Counted from the first letter of the stretch, positions 1-12,205 are shown. The stretch is 64,000 bases of DNA from Octopus sinensis (GCF_006345805.1 NC_043002.1:3472001-3536000), one strand, 5' to 3'. The notes: a model not told the origin generated them from the letters alone. Made by a program: numbers and translations.

Positions 1-1
1 G

Positions 2-466
2 GAACTCTATTTGGAGGAAGGTCAGAAATTATTGCAAGGTCAAGAAGTCCACTTTATGCGTCCCTCTTCCACTACTGACCGTCTTTATATGAATATTGGA
101 GAAGACAACGTCATTGAAGTCGAACACCCACAACCACCAGAGGAGATTGCTTCCAATTTCGATCCAGACAAGCCGAGGGTTCATTACGGTGTCCTTGGTT
201 CAGGCCGGCCTGTGGTCAAAAGCGATGCCATCCGGCTTGATTTTGCTGGGAAATATAACATCAAAGCTTTCGATACTGAATTTGATCAAGTTCTTGAGTC
301 TATTATTGGCAATCGGAAAGACAGTTTCATGTTTATTCGTGGCATATCTGATTATACCGATGGCTCCAAGAACAAAGAATGGCAACCTTATGCCGCTCTT
401 ACAGCTGCTGCTTTCATGAAAACAATTATAAAGGCCTTAACCAATCCTTTAGTAGATGATTTCTAA
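2..466 (+). CDS. Terminal coding exon (5'-partial) of a protein with a C-terminal PNP/UDP-phosphorylase-family (MTA/SAH nucleosidase-like) domain
   Basis: Frame is open from base 2 (ELYLEEGQ...) to TAA at 464-466. Motifs VHYGVLGSG..VVKS, AFDTEF (cf. xxEMEG), FMFIRGISDYTDGSKNKEWQPYAALTAAAF match the C-terminal signature of PNP_UDP_1 domains. Composition is coding-like against the AT-rich flank. Confidence 0.88.
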   Translation, partial: ELYLEEGQKLLQGQEVHFMRPSSTTDRLYMNIGEDNVIEVEHPQPPEEIASNFDPDKPRVHYGVLGSGRPVVKSDAIRLDFAGKYNIKAFDTEFDQVLESIIGNRKDSFMFIRGISDYTDGSKNKEWQPYAALTAAAFMKTIIKALTNPLVDDF

Positions 467-3400
467 ACCATTTTTTTTTTTTTTTTTTTAGTTCTGTCTG
501 CATGATTCCTTTTCCTTTTCCACTGACTCTCTTTTTAATCTTCTCCTAATTTTAAAATGCTCATTTTTTAATGCATTCCATCTTTCTAAAGTCTCCTTTG
601 ATAATTTCCCTGATCCATGCAGCTCGTTAAGGAAAAACCTGACAAAATAAATCAAGTAGCTTTTCTATAATTATGGTCTGCTGTGCTAAATTTTCTTTAA
701 ACAAAGTGTTGAGGAAAAAAAATACAATAAATATTTTTGAAGTTATTTTTTTCAAGATTTTTTTTTTCATTGAATTCAAGCTTGTTTCAATAAAATTTGG
801 GAAATAATTTATATCTTGCTAAAATATTCCTAAATTTTCAATTTTGTTTATTTATCAACGCATTCTAAGTTTATGATTAAAGAGTTAATTTCATTTTTGA
901 AGTAATTTTTTCCATTTATTTCTCCAGGTATGAGCTTATTTTTTAATTTTTTGTATCCACAAGAAGAAAAAAAACAGTTTAACACAGTTAAAACCTCAAT
1001 TGATTTAAGAAAACTATCAATATTCGTTTTTGTTAGTTTAACAAAATCTTTGGAAATGCAGTAATTTTTTTCATTATTGTTAAGCCTATCATTATCGTTA
1101 AGCCTATATGTTTTGCATAACTAATTTATGCTGTCTGTTGTTTTACTTATAAATTTCTTCCTAAACTGTGGCGCAGCTAAAAATTATAAAGTATTTGAGC
1201 AAATGGACATTTTCTGTTGCTATTAAAATACATCACACTCTCTCACACTTGTTATAATAAGTCTTCCATGCTGTGTGCCCTAAAACCAAGAAAAGGTTTC
1301 ATAATTTCCAATTTATTATCTTAAACGATGGCAACTTGGAGACAAAGTGAATATAAAATGACTTGTTGCTGGGATAATGAATTATAAGATATCAAATTGG
1401 TTCAATTTATATAATCTTTTTACCTTTTTAAAATAAAAATTCAATTAAATTGTAATCATGATGGTGATAATTCTCTCTCTTTAGATTTCAAGTATGTGTT
1501 GGTAGGCTGTGAAAGAATGTGACAAGAAACTCAGTTTTAACTGCTTTTAAATATATATATGCATATATACATAAATGTATATACACATATGTATGTATAT
1601 ATAAAACAAAATGAAATAACGAAGCCAAAAGAATATTGAATTTTGTTACCATTTTTTTTTGCTGCTGTTTTTTAAAAATTATAACAATATTTGTGAAAGC
1701 TTTTTTTAATTAATTAATGCTTGAAAAAGAAATCAAATATTTTTGTTAAGGAAGAGGGGGGTTGTACCTATTTGGAAATAATAGAAATAAAAAGAAATTT
1801 TCAATTTAGAATTATATAATATCTTCTGAAATGTATTTAGCAAGCTGCGCCAAAGATTGACACAAAGGAACTAATTCTGCCTAGGTGGTACCCACCTTTT
1901 CTTTTAGTCTCTAAAGTTGGTTCATTTTGGTAATTTAGACACCAATAAATATAATTTGTTTCAATTTCAGAACTTCTGTTTAATTTTGTTCCATAAATTT
2001 TATCAGTCAATTATGTAAAGTTATATTGGACATCATAAAGTGAAACTGTACTTAGTTTTTATTGCTCCTTTCTATCAAATAATCTTACTGTTCAAAACAG
2101 TGTTTTTTGAGCGCACAAAATTACTTAAGAAATTCCAAACTCTTATATTTACTGATCTTGAAAATGTTTGATTTCTCTAATTCTATCAGACTTGTGATGA
2201 AATCTACCTAAATCACAAAAGTAATACCCTGTAGATTATTTCACACATTTTATGTCTAATGGTGTGTGGAACAAAATTCAGCTACTGATAAATGATTTTC
2301 TATTCTTACTAAAATAAACGAAAAGTTATATATTTATTGTGTGTGTCTGTCTATTTTATCATCCAAAACCCCAAGAGCATTCAATACACGTTTATAGAGG
2401 TAGCAGCAGTAGTGTGCAGAGTTTAATCTCTGGGTAGAGTAACCAGGATTTCAAACCTACTTTAACAAGGTTTTCTATAGAACCAACAACCTTGTCTGTG
2501 AACCCGACTCATCTGTAATTGAAATGAGAAAACAAGATAACATTTTAAGAATTATGATGGATGTTGTTGACTAGTCATGCATCATTTCTGATGTGAAGTC
2601 TTTCATCTTGTATTGTGCCAACAATTTTCTTAAAGTTTGGAAGAAGGAATTGAAACATGTTGCATCATACCAAACATTTCAAATTTTTGGATATTTTTCT
2701 TTTAGAAATTGGGTTGGGTGGAAGCTATGGAATTTGCTTTTGAGACCAAGTCATTAACATCTTGACTCATCTCTAAAAGTTGATCTTCTATCCAAGAATT
2801 CCCTCTGTAAAGTTCATATTTCTCCTGTCATCTCTTTAATTTCTAAATCAATTTTAAGAACACTGTTTTTCTCAGCAGCATTCACAGAATATATGCTCTG
2901 TGACTCTTGTGTAGTTGGTCAAAGTTAACCACTATTGTTTTTTTTTATTTTTTTTTTTTATATATATTCTCTTTCACTCAATAAGACAAGGTTGACTGTC
3001 CAAAACTATTGGGTATGTGTTTACAGTCCGAGTTACACTCAAATATTAGTTCTGTTCATAATACCAACTTTTCCCTTTATGAAATATTAATCTCAATCTA
3101 TGTATAACATAAATCAAAGAAAATCGAGGTTTCTTTTTGAACCACAAAATATTATTTGAAATATAAATACGTCTAATGATGTCTTATACATAAAGCGTAG
3201 ATCATGGGATTTTAAGGTGAAAATGGATTATCAAAAATACTTGTTTTTTTTTTATTTTATTTCCCCACTTTAAGCCAAATTTGAAGATTTTTGAGAAAAC
3301 CTGTTTGTATTCATCTTTTAAAGAGATTTTAAATATATTACTGATGATATACCATGGATTTAAAAAAAAAATTTTTTAAAGAATTTCTTCTCAATCTTGC

Positions 3401-3791
3401 CTCGGACATTAAGATAATCATCAACAATTTAATGTTGCCTGATTATCTTAAAACAATCTACAATCAAATAAATCTTTGTAAGATTTTTTTTCTCTGTTTT
3501 CAATAAAAAAAAATTACAATCCGGTAACACTAGTTACAAACATGCAGGTAAGTCTTGTTTTTTCGTTTTTTCTTAAATATTTCAGGACACTGACTACACC
3601 ATAAAAATTTCTTACAAAGTAATATAGTTTATATTCCTGTTAAACAAAAAATAAAAACACATACTACAGAATTTGCATATATATGTGTGTGTGTGTGTAT
3701 ATATGTATATACACACAAATATATAATATTTATTTTAGACGATGATGTATGAAATTGCACTTTTATAAAAAGAACTTTTCAACTGCCTTCA

Positions 3792-3822
<31 letters not shown>

Positions 3823-4900
3823 CTGCTGTATTCATGTTGTTAGAGCTAGAAATGGCAACATAAGTGGTTTGTTTGTTTCCCCCCTTTTTCTCTCCCTCAT
3901 CTTGAAAACCCTTCTTGGTTTCATTTGATATACAAGAGTTAGATTTTTCTTTTTTAATTCTTGAAATGTTTTCATCAAAACTTAGTTTGCTGATGTCTTT
4001 TGCCTGGAAACCAAACCCATCTTTTTCCTGTTCAGTGGGAACTTTAGTTGTTGCCTTGCATCCTTTGTCTTGCCTCATCCCCCCCGGCTCCTATATTATT
4101 TTTCTCTGCAACCACACACTACACCAACTGATATATGTTCTTATTGATTTGGAAACTGTCCTTTTGTTATTTTTGCCTCTCTTTGTACAACTTCCACTAC
4201 TGTCTGCTGTTTTATCCATTATTTCAATTCTCTGCTCTGCTTGTGCAAAAAAAAAAAAAAAAAAAATTACTGCTGCCAAGAATATTTTTGGTAAATCTGA
4301 CATTACAACAACAAAGAGAAAAATAAAATGAAGATGAAAATAAAAGCATTCTCTGAGAGAACTATGTCTAAAATTTTGTATTTTCTTTCCTTGTTATATT
4401 TCTTATGAGTTCTATGTATTCCTTGTCAGTATTTCTTTCTTGGAGAGGACTTTGTTCTTTGTAACAGATAAAGATAAAGTTGTCTGCCGTTTCAAACCAA
4501 AACAAGAAACTAGTTCCTTTAGATGTGTTTTCAAAACACATCTCGGGTTTTACATCACTGTTTGTTTAGTTTCTCAGTTTCTTTTAGAAACATTTTTAAC
4601 ATGATTAGTCTAACGTCACAGCTTGTGTGGGTGGTTGTTTTATTTAAACGGTGGATGGTAATACAAATCCAACTGTTTCCAAGCTTGGTTGACTTGCTAA
4701 TGCATAAAGACAAGACAAGATACTCAATAATCTTGTCTAACAAACTCTAAATAGATCTGTGGATGGTTGGGCAGACTTTCAGCAATTTAATCTCTTTTAT
4801 TTACAATTTTAAATAAAATTTTTAAACATTGCATGTGATAAACCTGTTTGAATAGTCTATAAACCAACTGAAAAAAAAAAAAAAGTATGGCATTTATGAT
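467..4900 (+). other. Probable long 3'UTR of the PNP-domain gene
   Basis: Starts with poly-T directly after the stop codon. About 4.4 kb with no recognisable SINE/LINE in an otherwise repeat-saturated window. Several AATAAA hexamers (e.g. ~789, ~3502, ~4812). True end unknown. Confidence 0.45.
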
Positions 4901-4941
4901 ATTGGTGTAGCCTCTTGTAAAGCCAGAGGCTAAGCGAAGAC

Positions 4942-5150
4942 ATCATCATCATCATCATCGTTTAACGTCCGCTTTCCATGCTAGCATGGGTTGGACGGTT
5001 CAACTGGGGTCTGGCAAGCCCGAAGGCTGCACCAGGCCAGTCAGATCTGGCAGTGTTTCTACAGCTGGATGCCCTTCCTAACGCCAACCACTCCGAGAGT
5101 GTAGTGGGTGATTTTATGTGCCACCGACACAGGTGCCAGACGAGGCTGGC
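4942..5150 (-). mobile_element. RTE-LINE 3'-UTR/tail module (family B, (GAT)n tail), standalone copy
   Basis: Reverse complement of GTGGTTGGCGTTAGGAAGGGCATCCAGC...CCCATGCTAGCATGGAAAGCGGACGTTAAACGATGATG. The same sequence follows RTE ORF ends at 14.4, 30.9 and 39.9 kb. Confidence 0.8.
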
Positions 5151-5739
5151 AAGACTTTCAAATTTTGGCACAAGGTCAGTAATTTCCAGGGAAGAGTCAA
5201 ATAAATTACAGCAACCGCAGTGCTTAGCTGGTACTTTTATTGATTCCGTCAACCTTAAAAGGTATTTGAATTCAGAACATAAAGACAAACGAAATGCTGT
5301 TAAGGATTTTTCCTGGTTATGCTAAGAATTATTCTGGTATCTCACTGCCTTAGGCTAAACAAAGATATCACCTGGAGAAAGTTACTAATCATATTCAAGT
5401 GTCAAATACCTTAAATTATTAGCTAACGAGTAGACATTTCATTAGCACCTCATAAACATAATTACTAATCACTTCCCAATGTCTCAACTGACAACCCCAC
5501 TGGTGCCATGTAAAAAGCACCCAGTCCACTCTGTAAAGTGGTTGGCATTAGAAAGGACATAAAAACCATTCCAAAATAGACAACGGAGCCTAGGCAACTC
5601 TTTAGCTGGCCACCTCCTATGAAACTGTCCAACCCATGCTAGCATGGAAAATGGATATTAAAGGATGATGAAGGCTACTTGCTAAGTCTTGCTATTTCTA
5701 ACTTTGGAACTTTTCTGGAATTTCTTCCTTGTTTTTGTT

Positions 5740-6060
5740 CATTAAAAGAGTTTATTGAGGAAGAATAAAAGGACTCAGTGATGCGGAAAATGATGCCATG
5801 CTGGTTTGAAGATGTTTAATTTGTTTCAGGTAAGCAATTGTCAGGAACATAAAAACAATGAAGGGTTCTTTTAGCAGGACACAAGTACACAGAGTTTGAA
5901 CTTTTGTGCTAGGTAGGCATTTAAGAATTGGCGGTTTCAGGAGACATTGTAAGAAGAGAATGTGCCGAAGGCCACATCTGCAGGATCGTTTGATTTCGTG
6001 ATTGAGGTATTCCAACATGATAAACTACACGAGTACTGTATGGTCATTCTTTTAGTCTGC
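5740..6060 (-). mobile_element. Highly degraded CR1/L2-like LINE 3' fragment
   Basis: Weak translated resemblance to CR1-type C-terminal region; no intact motif. Confidence 0.3.
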
Positions 6061-6517
6061 AAATATTCCAGTGCATAACAAGATCAATGATGCAGGCTGC
6101 CTGGTCAACTTTGCCTCATTTGATTTCACAACACACAAACATTGTCTATCCCCACAAAACAAAGAACTTTTGTCTTCTGTTTATAAACTGTCAGTTACAA
6201 CAATAAGTATTTCAGTTGATCCGATCAACAGAACAGCCTGCTCATGAAACTAACGTGCAAGTGGCTGAGCACTCCACAGACATGCATAACCTTAACCCTT
6301 TTAGCATTTAAACCGGCCATATCCGGCCAAAAGTATTCTGCCTGTTTTATGTTAGAGTCACCAATGCCTTATAAGGAAATTTGATTGAGAGAAACTGTAT
6401 GGAAGCCTATTATGTAAGCGTGTGTATTTGTATGTGTCATGGTGTAAATACTTTCAGGCATTTATCACTAAAGGGACATAACTCACTAGATGAACTTAAC
6501 CATTTTAATAAATAATA

Positions 6518-6926
6518 GGGCGCAGGAGTGGCTGTGTGGTAAGTAGCTTGCTTACCAACCACATGATTCCGGGTTCAGTCCCACTGTGTGGCACCCTGGG
6601 CAAGTGTCTTCTACTATAGTCTCGGGCCAACCAAAGCCTTGTGAGTGGATTTGGTAGACGGAAACTGAAAGAAGCTTGTCATATATATATATATATGTGT
6701 GTGTGTGTGTTTGTGTGCCTGTGTTTGTACCCCCAACATTGCTTGACAATCGATGCTGGTGTGTTTACATCCCTGTAACTTAGCGGTTCGGCAAAAGACA
6801 CCAATAGAATAAGTACTAGGCTTACAAAGAATAAGTCCTGGGGTCGATTTGCTCGACTAAAGGCGGTGCTCCAGCATGGCCACAGTCAAATGACCAAAAC
6901 AACTAAAAGAGTAAAAAAAAAGAGTA
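6518..6926 (+). mobile_element. tRNA-derived CORE-type SINE (family A)
   Basis: Head has A box (TGGCTGTGTGG) and B box (GGTTCAGTCCC), then CORE-like GGCACC(T/C)TGGGCAAGTG, internal (TA)n(TG)n and a GTAAAAGA tail. Near-identical copies elsewhere in the window. Confidence 0.85.
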
Positions 6927-6991
6927 AATAGAGACCAATAAAATGGTAACCAAACTGAAACTTTGGAGGTGATGTAATTGACTAAAATCTT

Positions 6992-7892
6992 TCAAGGTGG
7001 TAGGAAAAAGTTTCCAGACCAGTTCTGTAGCATGCCAACAGATGGCAGCACATGGTTGCATGTGCAGTGACTTTCAATTGGCAGTGTGCCGAGTGACATT
7101 GCTGTGCTTACTTCACAAGTTGTGAAATTTGTGCCTTTGTGGTCATATATATATGCTGTAGTCTGCAATTTTTGCCATGGACAGGAAGTTGGAACAAAGA
7201 GCCAACGGGAAATGTTCTACAGAGACATTGAGCATGCTTTGGTAAGCTTATGGTGACGAGGCATGTGCAATGTTTTGAGTGGCACAGGTGCTTCAAAAGA
7301 AGAAAAACGTCCCTGGAAGCCAATGAGTGATTTGGAAGATCTGCCATGAGTGTTGCCCCCTGGAAATGTGGCAAAAATTCATCAGCTTCTGCATGAGAAT
7401 CGTTGGAGGACAATCAACAACATTTTGAAGCATTTGAAGGAGGACAAACAAAGAAAGCGACTGGATCTGTGATGTGCGAAGAATTGGATTCTTCACGATG
7501 ACAATGCACCCTGTCACCAAACTCTTCTCACCCTGTCACTGAGCTCCCCCACTTGTGAGTTTGTTGCCAAGCAACATGGGATTGCTTCTACACTCACTCT
7601 ATTTGCCAGATTTAGCACCTGCAGAGACTTCCATCTCTTCCCCCAGATGAAACGGCAGCTCAAAGGTCACCGTTTTCACACTGTTGTTGAAATGAAGAGC
7701 GAATTGCAGAGATCCTCGAATCACAGAAAACAACTTTCAGGATGAATTCCAAAAGTGGCAGTAACACTGGGACTGGTGTATTGCTGTGCAAGGTGACTAG
7801 ACTACTTCGAAGGAGATGAGGTTAAAACTTAAGTAAATAAGTTGTTTTTTATTAAGCATAACTAGTCTGGGAACCTTTTGATACCACGTCAT
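6992..7892 (+). mobile_element. Tc1/mariner transposon relic with degraded, internally deleted transposase
   Basis: Imperfect TIRs (AGGTGGTAGGAAAAAGTTTCCAGAC / GTCTGGGAACCTTTTGATACCACGT). Residual mariner motifs WILHDDNAPCH (~7485), PDLAP-DFHLFP (~7605) and GD-YFEG (~7790). Confidence 0.85.
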
Positions 7893-8494
7893 ATAGCTGC
7901 AGAAAAATGAAGCCAACAAAAAAAAGTTTTTTAAGCCAAAAGAAATCAAGTAAAAAGGCTTAAGATATGATGTAAACCATAAATAACAATAAATGGGATT
8001 TTTGAAAGTTCAACATTTTCTCAGGTGTTAATATACTGATAACCGAGTCAAAACAGATGATTTATGATAGAAAATCTAGATGACAAGAGAGGACCTAAAC
8101 ACTTTTATATAGAAAAATGGTTCCTCCTTCAATAATGATGTCACAACAAATTGTTGCCGTAGACATGGTTGTCAATCAAAACTTGCTAGTTTCATAAACC
8201 TTAAGGTTTGTAGAAACTGTTTTGTTGGAGAAGTCATCTTAATGTAATATGTTAAGAGTGAGTTGACACCGTAGAGCCTTCCCCTACCCAAACCCTAGCC
8301 CGTAACCCACAGAAGGAATGGAACTTGTTAACCACACTAAACTGAAATTGCTGCTTCTACTTCCAGCAGTGAATTGTTCCAATACAGAAATGTTTACAAC
8401 TTGGCAGAGTGAGTTATTTGAAAAGAGGAGTGTCACAGCTACAGATATAATCTGGGGCTATTAAAATCATTTAAACTGCCAACCTCTCTATTTG

Positions 8495-8640
8495 CTAGTC
8501 TCTATACATATAAAATTCTTTGTCTGTCTGTTCCCAATGCATTCCCAAATGACTTGACCAAATCAAATCAAATTTTACAAGGTAATAGTATTAGACCCCA
8601 GGAGTGTCAACACGTAATTTTTATTTTCATTTCGATTAAA
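8495..8640 (+). mobile_element. Possible non-autonomous Helitron-like 5' end
   Basis: TCTATACATATAAAA...TGTCTGTCTG...GACCAAATCAAATCAAATTT resembles common helitron-N termini. No 3' end identified. Confidence 0.3.
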
Positions 8641-8690
8641 ACAATATAACATTGTATCTAAAATAATCTTTCTAGAGTCAACTATAGTAA

Positions 8691-8860
8691 AGGACATTTT
8701 ATACAACCACTATGATGATGACAATGTCACATTTTGTATATGAGTATGTATGTGTCTGAGTGCAATTGTGTGTGTTTGCATGTTCATTATGTACGACATA
8801 GTAAAGGACATTTTATACCACCACCATAACTTACACATTTTGTATATGTGTGTGTATGTG
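8691..8860 (+). repeat. Local direct duplication (~115-bp period)
   Basis: ATAGTAAAGGACATTTTATAC...CACATTTTGTATATG occurs at ~8683 and ~8798. Confidence 0.65.
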
Positions 8861-9699
8861 TCTGTGAGTATGTGTGTGTTTGCACATTCGTTATATAAAT
8901 GTATGTCTGTGTTTGCATGTTCAATTAGTCTCAGAAAGTTACACACCCACTCACCCTATTCAATCCTTGCTTCCACATCACTTATTTTGTAACTGAAGTG
9001 TGCCCCCATTTTTCTTCACCAACTTCTCTCTCTCTCTCTGGGGTATCTCTCCTATAGCAAGACACCTGTTTCTTTCCCTCTATTCATACTTCTCCCCCCT
9101 CACCACTTGACACAGAGTGACCTCCCTCAATATTATCACTCCTCCTTCTCCCAGTTTAGGAATCTTGTCTTGCAAGTTAATTGCTGACCTCCTCCCTGGT
9201 GCTGGTGCCCTCATAATTAAGCACTCAGTACACTTGGTAAAGTGGTTGGCATGGAAGGATGGGCATCCAACCGTAGAAACCATACCAAAGCAGACAGCAG
9301 AGCTCATTGCAGTCTTCTGACTTTGCCAGCTCCTCTCAAACCATCCAACTCATGCCAGCAGGGAAGGAAGATGTTAAATAATGATGAGGATGATGATGGT
9401 CAAAGAAAAGCAATTAGATCTATTATTACTACACCAGTTAATTTCTTTCTTTCTTTTTTAATTGTCAAATAACTCTCATTGATTCCATTTGATTTATTAT
9501 TTTCCATTTCTGCTTTCAATAGATTTAATCACCCTGCAAATACACAATATATTTAAGGTTAGTATGTCATAAAAGGAATGACTTGTTAATGATTTAGAAA
9601 TAAATTAGAAACTAACAATTTAATTAAGCTAAAGTATTACAAAAATAGTTAATTGTTTAGAATATTACTTATTATAATTATAGTTGTTGCTTTTATTTT

Positions 9700-9865
9700 T
9701 GGTTTGACTCATGTTTGGTCTTGTTCCTGGTAGGATTTATGTGGATATTAAGGTTACTGCCGGTAACCTCAGGTATCCACAAGTTTCCATTAGTCTTTCA
9801 GGTGCTTAGAACCCTTATCATAATCCTTGCTGTCCCTAAAAGACAAACTTTCTGTAGGAGGGTGC
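9700..9865 (-). mobile_element. Dong/R4-like (RLE) LINE extreme 3' fragment
   Basis: Translates LLQKVCLLGTARIMIRVL, the typical C-terminus of R4/Dong ORFs (LQKxxLLGTARILRxVL). Confidence 0.65.
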
Positions 9866-9964
9866 CAAATGTAGTAAAGCATTCCAGATTCATTTCTTTC
9901 AAGCCTTTGTATGTCCTCTGCAGGCACAGCCCATGATTCACTGCCATGTAGCATAGCTGTTCGC

Positions 9965-9968
<4 letters not shown>
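9866..9968 (-). mobile_element. RTE LINE fragment
   Basis: VRTAMLHGSESWAVPAEDIQRLERNE matches the 31.3-kb RTE copy. Confidence 0.75.
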
Positions 9969-9996
<28 letters not shown>

Positions 9997-10369
9997 GCTA
10001 GCATGGAAAACAGATGCTAAACGATGATATATATATATACACACACATATATATAAATACATATACAAATATATATATATAAATACACACACACACATAT
10101 ATATATATATTCATACATGCATGCATACATAAAATATATATAGAGAGAGTTGAAGTTATAATAGATAATGGTGTCATTGAGACCCAAAGGTTTCAGGTAA
10201 TGCTGAATAAGTGTTATAGACAGACAATAGTTAAGTTCCAGATTCAGTAATATTGCGAATAAAGGGTTCAACGTTGGTTCTATGTCAGCGTGTGTATATA
10301 TGAATGTTTTGCATAATAAGATAAAAAAAACCAAGGCTGTATAGATATTAGAGCCTTTATAGATACAAG

Positions 10370-10421
10370 GTCTTACACCTGTTTCTAGGATATTAATTTA
10401 TAATATCCCTTCATTGGAGAC
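10370..10421 (-). ncRNA. Minimal type I hammerhead-ribozyme-like motif (degenerate core)
   Basis: GUCU-CCAAUGA-A-GGGAUAUUA/UAAUAUCCU-A-GAAAC-AGGU-GUA-AGAC: stem I GUCU/AGAC, 9-bp stem II, near-palindromic stem III, GUA triplet. Confidence 0.55.
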
Positions 10422-10727
10422 GGTGTGAGAAGAAAAATTAAGTCATAGTTTCGATGTGATACAAATAGAGAGTGAGGTGGAGGAAAGAAAACAGATGTAA
10501 TATCTGTATGGTTAATGAATTCGTAAGTCCGTTTTATAGGCATAATGGTATATATGTGTATTATTCCAATCAAAGGATATTGGAATATTACACATATATT
10601 CCATTATGCCTATAAAACGGATTTATGAACTCAATAGCCATACACATCTTACATCTATTTTCTTTCCTCCACCTCACTCTCTATTTGCATCACATCGAAA
10701 CTATGACTTAATTTTTCCTCTCACACC

Positions 10728-10779
10728 ATCTCCAATGAAGGGATATTATAAATTAATATCCTAGAAACAGGTGTAAGAC
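10728..10779 (+). ncRNA. Minimal type I hammerhead-ribozyme-like motif (mirror copy)
   Basis: ATCT-CCAATGA-A-GGGATATTA-TAAAT-TAATATCCT-A-GAAAC-AGGT-GTA-AGAC. Confidence 0.5.
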
Positions 10780-10847
10780 CTTCTATCTATAAAGGCTCTA
10801 ATATCTATACAGCTTTGAGTTTTTTTTATCTCATTACGCAAAATATT

Positions 10848-10848
<1 letters not shown>

Positions 10849-10894
<46 letters not shown>

Positions 10895-10938
10895 GCACAC
10901 ATATCTATATATTCATACATACATGCATACATAAAGTG

Positions 10939-10985
<47 letters not shown>

Positions 10986-11190
10986 TATATATGTATGTAT
11001 GTGTGTATATGTATATATATATGTATATGTATGTATGTGTGTATATGTATATATATATGTGTGTATGTATATATGTGTGTGTGTATGTATGTATATATAT
11101 GTGTCTATATATATATACATACACACAAACACAAACATACACATGCACATACACACACACACGCATGCGCACGCATACACACACACACAA
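10849..11190. repeat. Compound (TA)n/(TG)n/(CA)n microsatellite; similar tracts at 9965-10140, 16825-16910, 29765-29930, 40995-41150, 43748-43824, 63500-63780
   Basis: Direct inspection. These tracts generate the [12 protein letters not shown] ORFs. Confidence 0.95.
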
Positions 11191-11409
11191 TGAGCTTCTT
11201 TTAGCTGCCATCCCCAAAATCCACTCAGAAGGTCTTTTGTGAGCCAGAGGCTATAGTAGAATATGCACGCAGAAGGGGCATTGCAGTGGGACTGAACCTG
11301 AAACTATGTGATTGGGAAATGAACAACTCAACAACTACACAACCACACCTACACATGCATATATTTGCATGTATATATATATATGTATACAAACATGCAC
11401 ACATAAATA

Positions 11410-11731
11410 CTGTGCCGGTGGCACATAAAAAGCACCATCCGAACGTGGCCGTTGCCAGCGCCGCCTTGGCTGGCTTCCGTGCCGATGGCACGTTAAAAGC
11501 TCCAACCGATCGTGGCCGATGCCGGACCCCCCTAGCACCTGTGCAGGTGGCACATAAAAAGCATCCACTACACTCACGGAGTGGTTGGCGTTAGGAAGGG
11601 CATCCAGCTGTAGAAACTCTGCCAGATCAGACTGGAGCCTGGTGCAGCCCCTGGCTTCCCAGACCCCGGTCGAACCGTCCCAACCCATGCTAGCACGGAA
11701 AATGGACGTTAAACGATGATGATGATGATGA
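11410..11731 (+). mobile_element. Family B RTE-tail module with ~3 GTGCCGGTGGCAC-TAAAAAGCACC units
   Basis: Near-identical to 34645-34965 and to the reverse complement of 30393-30780. Ends in (GAT)n. Confidence 0.85.
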
Positions 11732-12205
11732 TATATATAAAACTACAACTTCACCCTTGCCCGAACAACAGCATATTAGAAGCCAAGCTACATATAAATA
11801 GAATAAATAAACACAAATAGCAGAATTTCCTTTTTTTTCTTTTTATTCATTTTGCAGACGATGATGTCAAGAGATCTCAAAAACACATGTGTGTCTGCAG
11901 ATATACAATTTCATGTTAATATATTGCCTCAGCTATTTGTTTTTTGTGTTTTTTTTTGTGTGTGAATGCATGTGTGTGTGTGAGTATATATATATATATA
12001 TTCTTATATATAGGATTACATGATAATAAACCCCCACTCCTTGTATTGAACACTGTGTTGCTAGGCACTGTGACATAAAAGATGTACAGAAGTGCAAATG
12101 CACGAAACTCTTAGCCCTTCGGTCACTATTTCTTCTGCTAAATATTAATATATATATATATGTATATGTATGTATGTGTGTATATGTATATATATATGTA
12201 TGTAT

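Larger units (their letters stand above)
10302..10848. repeat. ~550-bp foldback palindrome (two ~270-bp inverted arms, 8-nt loop), probable inverted Penelope-like pseudo-LTR pair
   Basis: Arms 10302-10570 and 10579-10848 are reverse complements at roughly 90% identity around loop CAAAGGAT. Each arm carries a hammerhead-like fold. Flanked by (TA)n. Confidence 0.9.

Noticed and set aside
3548-3586. GTAAGT...TTTCAG mini-intron
   Set aside because: At 39 nt it is implausibly short and there is no coding context.
3779-4331. Overlapping 99-138 aa ORFs
   Set aside because: Low-complexity AT-rich sequence with no recognisable domain or splice context; probably UTR.
4962-5325. Recurrent ORFs such as MLAWVGR...LDALPNANHS and YRQASFSFRLPNPLTR
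   Set aside because: Chance frames through high-copy SINE and LINE-tail repeats; they recur with variable stops.
6518-6600. tRNA genes
   Set aside because: A/B boxes are present but there is no complete cloverleaf; these are SINE heads followed by SINE bodies.
10849-11242. ORFs rich in YI/HT/CV dipeptides (also 8710, 16656, 29727, 40787, 52665, 63595)
   Set aside because: Translations of (TA)n/(CA)n/(TG)n microsatellites.
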